From NCBI GenBank assembly GCA_963765205.1, contig CAVXVB010000005.1, positions 224,001 through 288,000 on the forward strand: 64,000 nucleotides of DNA, in the 5' to 3' direction. This stretch comes from an uncultured Verrucomicrobiae bacterium. Its GTDB lineage: Bacteria > Verrucomicrobiota > Verrucomicrobiia > Opitutales > JABDGR01. The notes below the pieces were generated by a model. That model was not told the origin of the DNA and did no database searches. It saw only the letters and a program-made list of their open reading frames with translations. Both the position numbers and the translations under genes were made by a program. Positions 57,269-64,000 of this stretch are shown in pieces; position 1 is the stretch's first letter, and each line of letters opens with the position of its first letter.

Positions 57269-59482
57269 TCACGTTTTTTCATCCATCGTGATCATGTCCA
57301 CGGGGACGTTGGTGAGGGATTCGAGGATCGAGGAGAGGCCTTCCTTGACCTTGAGCATGGTGTCCTGGTGGAGGGTCTTCATGCTGCCGCGCATGGCCAT
57401 GCGCTTGAGCACGGCCGTCTCCGCCTTTTGGTTGATGCCGCGCGTCAGCTCCTCGGAATTGGCCATGAGTTCGTGGATGCCGACGCGGCCTTTGTAGCCC
57501 TTGCCGCCGCAGGTGGGGCAGCCTTCGGGGTTGGCCTTGAAAATTTTTCCGCTCCAGCCGATGGCTTTTTCCATGATTTCTTTTTCATTGCCCTCGGGTT
57601 CGTAGGGGATTTTGCAAGTCTTGCACAGGCGACGCTGCAGGCGCTGGGCGCACACGCACACCATTGAGGCGGAAATCATGAATGGCTCGACTTCCATGTC
57701 GGTCAGGCGCGCGACCGTCGAAGGCGCGTCATTGGTGTGGAGCGTTGAAAGGAGCAAGTGACCGGTCAGGGCGGCCTCGATGGCGATTTCGGCCGTTTCC
57801 TGGTCGCGGATTTCCCCGACCAGCACGATGTCCGGGTCCATGCGCAAGTAGGCGCGCAGGGCGCGGGCGAAGGTGAGGCCAATTTGCTTGTGCATCTGCA
57901 TCTGGTTGATGCCGGGGATGGTATATTCGATGGGGTCTTCCGCCGTCTGGATGTTGATCGTCGGGTCGGCAATTTCGCGCAGGGCGGAGAACAGGGTCAT
58001 GGACTTGCCGGAGCCGGTCGGGCCGCAGTGCAGGATCATTCCGTAAGGCTGCTGAATGCAGTCGCGGTAGAGCTTCAGGTTTTCCTCGGAAAAGCCCAGC
58101 GCGGTGATGGGCAGCGCGGCCTTCGTCTTGTCGAGAATACGCATGACGATCTTCTCGCCGAAGTTCATCGGCCCGGTGGCCACGCGCAGGTCAATATCAA
58201 TATTGCGCTTGGTGTATTTTTTGAAGACAATGCGGCCGTCCTGCGGCAGGCGCTTCTCGGCAATGTCCAGCTCGGCCATCACCTTGTAGCGGGCGGAGAG
58301 GGCGCCGGCCACCGCCTTGGGCAGGCGGAGTTTTTCCGCGCACACGCCGTCCACCCGGTAACGCACCACCAATTCGTTTTCCTGCGGCTCGATGTGAATG
58401 TCGGACGCGCCGGAAACGTAGGCATCCTCGACGATGCGGTTGGCCAGCTGGATGACCGGCGCGGAATCCTCGTCGTCGAGGCCGTCGCTCTCGCCGGCTT
58501 TCTCGCCGCTGCCGCCGCCGATGCCGAATTCCGCCCCGATCACGTCGGCGATTTGGGCAATGCCTTCGCTGGCGACCGGGATGGTGGCCTTCTCCTCCTT
58601 GAAAAAGCGTTTGAGCAATTTGTCAATATACGACGCCGGCGCGACGGAAACCTCGTCCAGGGCCAGCTCGGTGGCGCGCGAGAAGGCCTCGCGCTTCTGG
58701 AAATCAAGCGGGTTGGTCATCAGCGCCGCGATGGCGGTGGGCGTGATGCGCCGCGTCGGGAAAACGCCCTCGCGCCGGATGATGGCGTCGCCCACCACTT
58801 CGACGAGCTTGTCGTCAATCTGGATGTCCTCCTCGCCGGTGACCAGCGGGTTGCCGGTGTATTTCGAGATGAAGCGCGCGGTGTCGAGGTCGCTGATCTG
58901 AAATTTCGGGTCGAGAAAACGTTGCAGCAACGGCGATGAATAATCGGCCACTTCCTGGAGCAAAACCAGGTCCTGCTCGACGAATTCCTGCTGGCGCGCA
59001 CTGGGCTCTTTATTCAGCACTTGGATGGCGCCAATGTTTTTGCCGGTGCCCTTCAGTGGCACCGTCACCATCGTTCGCACCTCGAATCCGGTGTCTTTGG
59101 CGAGGTTGACCATGGGGCGCGAGCGGCCCTTCGTGTAGCCGAAGAACGAGGGCGTGCCGGTTTCGATTACCCTGCCCACCATGCTGGTGTTGCCCACGGG
59201 AATTTTGAGCTTGAGCAATTTCTCGCGCTTGTCCGCAAATTCCTTTTCACGCTGCAACTCCTTCGCCCACAACGTCGGCGAATAATACACATGCTTGAAG
59301 CAAATATCATTGCCCTCGACCAGGTAGAGGGTCATGGACTGCGCCTCGAGCGCTTCCACGACTTTCGCCGCCGTCAACTCGATGACGGATTGCACGTCCT
59401 CCCGCGTTGGCTGAGGCTTCGAGAGAACCTTGAGCAGCAACGTCTTGCGTAAAACGCTGGAAATACCAGACTGGGTGGCCAT
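57269..59482 (-). CDS. GspE/PilB-family assembly ATPase with N-terminal GAF domain
   Basis: GAF ([23 protein letters not shown]...D), [44 protein letters not shown], tetra-Cys motif. Confidence 0.93.
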   Translation of the reverse strand: MATQSGISSVLRKTLLLKVLSKPQPTREDVQSVIELTAAKVVEALEAQSMTLYLVEGNDICFKHVYYSPTLWAKELQREKEFADKREKLLKLKIPVGNTSMVGRVIETGTPSFFGYTKGRSRPMVNLAKDTGFEVRTMVTVPLKGTGKNIGAIQVLNKEPSARQQEFVEQDLVLLQEVADYSSPLLQRFLDPKFQISDLDTARFISKYTGNPLVTGEEDIQIDDKLVEVVGDAIIRREGVFPTRRITPTAIAALMTNPLDFQKREAFSRATELALDEVSVAPASYIDKLLKRFFKEEKATIPVASEGIAQIADVIGAEFGIGGGSGEKAGESDGLDDEDSAPVIQLANRIVEDAYVSGASDIHIEPQENELVVRYRVDGVCAEKLRLPKAVAGALSARYKVMAELDIAEKRLPQDGRIVFKKYTKRNIDIDLRVATGPMNFGEKIVMRILDKTKAALPITALGFSEENLKLYRDCIQQPYGMILHCGPTGSGKSMTLFSALREIADPTINIQTAEDPIEYTIPGINQMQMHKQIGLTFARALRAYLRMDPDIVLVGEIRDQETAEIAIEAALTGHLLLSTLHTNDAPSTVARLTDMEVEPFMISASMVCVCAQRLQRRLCKTCKIPYEPEGNEKEIMEKAIGWSGKIFKANPEGCPTCGGKGYKGRVGIHELMANSEELTRGINQKAETAVLKRMAMRGSMKTLHQDTMLKVKEGLSSILESLTNVPVDMITMDEKT

Positions 59483-59859
59483 AGGGGAAATACAGCTAAT
59501 ACAGGGTTTCGCGCCAGAAATAAACCGAAAAAGATTCCCTTGCCCCGCCCTGCGCCGGCCACTGGGCATGGCCCAGGGTGATGTAGCCCAATTTTGATAG
59601 AAGGTGCGGTAGCCATGGCCCGGTCCTGGATTTTGCTCCATATAATGGGCAAAACCATTTTCTCCTCGGGGAATCAGGGGTTCCGTGGCGCTGGCTCAGG
59701 TTAAACCCGGAGACAGGTGGGGTGCGGAACTTCCCGGGCCTCAGGCCATTCGGGCCGCCGTCATCAGGCTAATTGACGGGTCGGCTTCGGGCAAATTTAC
59801 GACGGAATTACCCAATCGCACCGATACCGAAAAAAGACCCGTGGAAGTAGCTTGCGGGC

Positions 59860-60390
59860 ATGAAAGCCACGCAACATCTCCCCGCCGGAAATGCCATCCG
59901 GAACCGGATTCTCTCCCTGGCCACGGCCCTTTGCCTCACCATTGGCGCCCTCGCCCCCTTGGCCGCCCACGCCGGCGCCCCCAGCAGCGGCGTCCCTTTC
60001 GCGGATGTTTTGGCTGACGCCCGCAAAGTCGCCGAGTTGAACACCGGCTGGAAGGTTTTCAAAGTCGAGGGCCAGTCCATGGAACCGCATTTTGGCGAAA
60101 ACTCCCTGTTATTGGCCGCCCGCACGGATTTCAAGGATCTCCACGCCGGCATGTTGGTCGTTTACCAGGACGCCACCGGCGACCTCGTCGCCCACCGCAT
60201 CATCGAATGCACTCCGCAGGGTTGGATCGCCAAGGGCTTCAACAACGACAAAGTGGACCCGAATTTGGTCACCTCCGGCAATTTGCAAGGCGTCGTCTTC
60301 GGCATCTTTAATTATAAAAGCGGGACGGATCGCCCCACCCTGGCCACCGCCCAAAATAATCCTCCGGTGGCGTTTGCCAAGACCTATTAG
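59860..60390 (+). CDS. S26 signal-peptidase-like protein (SipW/archaeal Ser-His type)
   Basis: VEGQSMEP, VAHRII, KGFNN...D. Confidence 0.75.
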   Translation: MKATQHLPAGNAIRNRILSLATALCLTIGALAPLAAHAGAPSSGVPFADVLADARKVAELNTGWKVFKVEGQSMEPHFGENSLLLAARTDFKDLHAGMLVVYQDATGDLVAHRIIECTPQGWIAKGFNNDKVDPNLVTSGNLQGVVFGIFNYKSGTDRPTLATAQNNPPVAFAKTY

Positions 60391-60586
60391 GCAGAGTGAA
60401 GGAGACAAAATACAGACCGAGGCCGGGCGTGGCAGCGCCCGGCCTCACTCATTTTTGCCGTCGGCGTTGCGTTTTTTTCACGAAAGGAATAAAGTTGATT
60501 TCAACCGGGACGATCTCTAGACCAAGTCACGGTTTTATCATCATGCAGGCAGTCCACCCCGGATTGCCGCTTTTCCTTATTCTCCC

Positions 60587-62066
60587 ATGAGCGACCCCGC
60601 CCCCCAAACACCCGCCCCCGCACCCGCCGCTGGCGCCCCGCCCGCCGCCCCCGCCCCGGAGGCGCCCAAATTCAAGGAATATGCTTTGAAGGATCTCGAC
60701 CCGCGCCTCCAACGCTATATTGAGCAGGCCGACAAGGCCGTGGAGAAAAATCCCCAGAACGCCATTGACCTGTGCAGCGGCATCCTGGCGCAAAACCCCG
60801 GTGCGCTGGACGCCCGCAAGGTTTTGCGCAAAGCGCAAAGGAAATTGATGCCCGCGCAAAAGGGCATGACCAAGTTTTTGACGGGGATCACGAACAGCCC
60901 GTTTGCGTTCAAGTCGAGTTCGCAAATCAAGACCGACCCCAAAGCCGTGCTCGAAGCGGCCGAAAAACTACTCTCAACCAACCCGTCCAACATCACTGCC
61001 CTGCGCATGGCCGGCCAGGCCGCCGAAGCCATGGGACTGTGGGGCACCGCCGCCCTGGCCTACGACAACATCCGCGAGGTCAAGGAAGAACACCGGCAAC
61101 CTTTTGTCCCTCGGCTACGCCCTCATTCAATATGGCCAGCCCAAGGAGGCCATCAAGTGGGGCGAGCGCATCCTTGAGTTGCAGCCCGGCAATGGCGACG
61201 CGCAGGCGTTGCTCCGCCAAGCCTCCGTCGCCATCACCATGGATAAAGGCAAATGGGATGATCAGGGCGACTTCCGCCAAAAACTCGCCGACAAGGACAA
61301 AGCCGCCGAACTCGAGCAGCAAGCCCGCCTGGCCAATGACCCCGAAACGCTCGGCCGGCTCATCAACAAACTCGCCGATACCATTTCCCGCGAACCGGAA
61401 AACATCAACCTCTACCGCGACATCATCGGCTACCTGCGCCAGTTGCACCGTTATGAAGATGCGCTCGCCTGGGTCAAAAAGGCCCGCCAACAACCGCTGG
61501 GTCGCGCCGACACCACCTTGGAAAAGCTCGAAAGCGACATGACCGTCGCGATGATGCGCACCAAGCTCAAGGCGCTCGAGGCCCTCGTCGTCACCGACCC
61601 CTCCCGCCAAGGCGAGCTGGATGCGCTCCGCAAGTCGGACCTCGAATTCCGCGTGCAACAGGCCAAGACACTCGTGGACAAATACCCGAATGACTACGGC
61701 TACCGCTTCGACTACGGCACCTTGTTGTATGACATCGGCCAGTATGACCTCGCCATCCGCGAGTTGCAACAGGCGCGCCGCAACCCCAAGGTCTCCCACA
61801 AGGCGATGCTGTTCCTCGGGCGGTCCTACCGCGCGAAGAAAATCTACGACCTCGCCATCGAGGTACTCGGGGCCGCCCGCAACGAAATGCCGGTCATGAA
61901 CGACCTCAAAAAGGAAATCATTTATGAACTGGCGGAGTGCTACCGCGGCAACGGCAACACCGAAAAGGCCGTCGAGGAATTCAAGAACATCTACGCCAAC
62001 GATATTGACTACCGTGATGTCTCCAAAATCATCAATAAATTTTATGAGACAAAGACGCTGGACTAG
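60587..62066 (+). CDS. Tetratricopeptide repeat protein (frameshift at ~61085)
   Basis: TPR helices in both overlapping ORFs (60587-61177 and 60903-62066); C-terminal DIDYRDV. Confidence 0.8.
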
Positions 62067-62604
62067 GGGCGGGTGGGCCGGTCGGCGGGCTCAGGTGTGT
62101 GCTTGGGCCGCGGGGGCAGTGCTGACCTTCTGGCTGGGCGCCATCACGCCCGTGCTGGCGCAGGCGGACAAAGGCATTATCAGCGAACGGATTGACCGTC
62201 TCCAGGGCGCGCAAGCCCAACAGGCCGCGCAGCAAAAAGCCGAAGTCGAGCCGTGGTCGCCCGCCAAGATCGTCATCAATCTGGACGCCCGCTGCCCCGT
62301 GGTCACCGCCTTGGGCTATTTTGGCGCTTTCGCCACGACGGACGCGGATCCCGCGAAGGCCGCCGAGTTGCTGTCCCGCTACGCGGAATTGCAGAAAACC
62401 GCCCAACCCATCGCTGACGAGTTGAAGAAAATGGCCGTGGGCAACACCTTCGTCGGCACGAAATTTCCGGATTCACTGAACCAGCGCCTCGGCGTTTTAT
62501 GCGGGACGCTGTATGGCGAAGTATTAAAACTCTATGGCGATGCCGGACTGGCCGAGTTGAAACAATATGTGGCCGAGCAATCGCAGGGGTCGGTGGTGAA
62601 GTAA
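62044..62604 (+). CDS. Hypothetical exported protein
   Basis: Signal-peptide-like N-terminus ending VLA/Q; start uncertain. Confidence 0.55.
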   Translation: MRQRRWTRGGWAGRRAQVCAWAAGAVLTFWLGAITPVLAQADKGIISERIDRLQGAQAQQAAQQKAEVEPWSPAKIVINLDARCPVVTALGYFGAFATTDADPAKAAELLSRYAELQKTAQPIADELKKMAVGNTFVGTKFPDSLNQRLGVLCGTLYGEVLKLYGDAGLAELKQYVAEQSQGSVVK

Positions 62605-62727
62605 GAAGTAAGAAGTTAGAAGTATTTGCGCCGAAGGATTCTTTTCTTTGCAAAGTCCAGCTTCTTAACTTTTCGGCACTAAATTAGAACATGCTTGCCG
62701 GTCTTGATTCTAACTTCTAGCTTCCAG
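62598..62727. repeat. Inverted arms of 7-bp tandem units overlapping a stop codon
   Basis: GAAGTAA-GAAGTAA-GAAGTTA-GAAGT (62598-62623) / TTCTAAC-TTCTAGC-TTCCAG (62708-62727). Confidence 0.7.
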
Positions 62728-62757
62728 TTCCTGTCTTCCTACCGCCTCCTTCCCCCC

Positions 62758-63570
62758 ATGCCCACCGTCATTCATCCGACTGCGATTATCGAGCCCGGGG
62801 CGTCGCTGGATGAAGGCGCATCCGTCGGCGCCTATGCCTACGTTGGGCCCGAGGTGCGACTCGGCGCAGGCACGCGGCTGCACCACCACGCCTGTGTCGA
62901 AGGCTTTACCCAATTGGGGCGCGACAACGAGGTCTTCCCCTTTGCCCTCATTGGCTCGCAAACCCACGATTTGAAGTTCCGCGGTGGGCGGCCGGGCCTG
63001 CGCACGGGCGCGCGCAATGTTTTCCGCGAGTATGTCACCGTTCACACCGCCACCAGCGACGGCGGGTTCACCGTGCTTGGGGATGACAACGTTTTGCTCG
63101 CTTACAGCCATATCGCGCACGATTGCATCGTGGGCAGCCATTTGGTGATGAGCAGCCATGCGGCGCTCGCCGGGCATGTGGTGCTGGGTAACCATGTTAA
63201 CATAGGCTGGAATGCCGGCATCCACCAATTCTGCCGGTTGGGCGCGCACAGCATGGCCGGCGCCTGCGCCAAGGTCGTGCAAGACGTGCCGCCCTGCATG
63301 ATTGCCGACGGCAATCCCGCCACCGTGCGCACCATCAACAAAGTCGGTCTCGAACGATCCGGGTTTTCCCCCGACGACGTGGCGCTGGCCCGGGCCATCT
63401 ATAAAATTCTTTACCGCGAAGGACTCAACCGCACCCAGGCGGTCGAGCGCTTGCGGGCCCATGCGCAGGCGGCCCATCCGCTGGTGGCCTCGGTGGTGGA
63501 TTTTATCCTGCAAAGTGAGCGCGGCCTCGCCTCGGGCGCGGAACGCGGTCTGGACGCGGACCGGACATAA
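62758..63570 (+). CDS. lpxA: Acyl-ACP--UDP-N-acetylglucosamine O-acyltransferase
   Basis: IHPTAII hexapeptide repeats, [39 protein letters not shown]. Confidence 0.93.
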   Translation: MPTVIHPTAIIEPGASLDEGASVGAYAYVGPEVRLGAGTRLHHHACVEGFTQLGRDNEVFPFALIGSQTHDLKFRGGRPGLRTGARNVFREYVTVHTATSDGGFTVLGDDNVLLAYSHIAHDCIVGSHLVMSSHAALAGHVVLGNHVNIGWNAGIHQFCRLGAHSMAGACAKVVQDVPPCMIADGNPATVRTINKVGLERSGFSPDDVALARAIYKILYREGLNRTQAVERLRAHAQAAHPLVASVVDFILQSERGLASGAERGLDADRT

Positions 63571-63646
63571 GGTGGGCTTTCCCCCAAGGCCTTACCATGA
63601 CGCGCCTCCTTGGCCCGGCGCTTTTGCGATTGGGCGGTGAATCGAT

Positions 63647-64000
63647 TTACGGCGGCAGATTTTTGCTCGCGCTGCGCACCAGGTTGTCCGCCAGCATGGG
63701 GTTGGTGTCCGGATCGTTGTAGTCATCGGTCAGGATTCCGGTCAGCTGGCTTTTCTTGTTGACGGGCTTCCAGATGAAATTGGCGTCCGGCTCCACGGGC
63801 AGGCAATCGGGGCCGCGGGAGACCAGGCAGGGCGTGGCCGCCTGCCAGTTTTTATCGGCCGGATCATACATGTCCTTGACCACCTTGTAGCGGTAAAGGT
63901 AGGTGTTGTCGTTGGGTTGACCATCCCACCACGGATCGCGCAGCATGGCGCCGTCCTTGATTCCACTCTCGGTGGTGGTATCTTTGTCCACGGTAAATTT
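63647..64000 (-). CDS. 3' part of a GspG/pseudopilin-like protein; 5' end outside the window
   Basis: LRDPW...Y.YRY...LVSRGPD resembles the GspG C-terminal motif; frame is open to the window edge. Confidence 0.5.
   Translation of the reverse strand, partial: KFTVDKDTTTESGIKDGAMLRDPWWDGQPNDNTYLYRYKVVKDMYDPADKNWQAATPCLVSRGPDCLPVEPDANFIWKPVNKKSQLTGILTDDYNDPDTNPMLADNLVRSASKNLPP

Noticed and set aside
59650..59850. Riboswitch or ncRNA in the ATPase-peptidase intergenic region
   Set aside because: Only short GC stems (e.g. CCGTCA/TGACGG); no recognisable SRP, 6S or c-di-GMP consensus. An Rfam/Infernal scan would settle it.
95..63513. Many long overlapping or antisense ORFs (e.g. 7221-9392, 18937-21429, 3947-5575, 57758-58939)
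   Set aside because: Shadow ORFs expected in high-GC DNA opposite or overlapping well-supported genes; no motifs.

Overview
GC-rich bacterial chromosomal window. The gene set and protein styles suggest Verrucomicrobiota (Opitutales-like); this is an inference. Left to right it holds: a sugar/sugar-acid catabolic region (1-13.7 kb); an exbB-exbD-tonB cluster with two TonB-dependent receptors and a Met/His-rich exported protein; a ~1980-aa sedolisin (S53)-NHL-Ig surface protein; dapF with Ser at both catalytic Cys positions; tRNA-Leu(CAG); a YtrA/GntR operon with tandem membrane paralogs; three toxin-antitoxin-like loci; housekeeping genes (maf, hemL, folD, proC, hldD, radC, lpxA); signalling genes; and a GAF-PilB/GspE ATPase. 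I found no CRISPR array, integrase, transposase, reverse transcriptase or prophage. The most striking unexplained structure is a dense set of small non-coding elements: GTAG-type REP hairpins, a ~125-bp MITE-like element in two copies, and inverted arms built of 7-bp or 9-bp tandem units that often begin at stop codons, nest inside each other, and in one case sit in frame inside a protein-coding gene. Also notable are a relic duplicate of the hemL 5' end marking a TA insertion and a diverged duplicate of a protease 3' end. At least six single-base frameshifts, including one in dapF, look like long-read sequencing errors, so pseudogene calls are provisional. Family assignments come from motif recognition by eye, not database searches.
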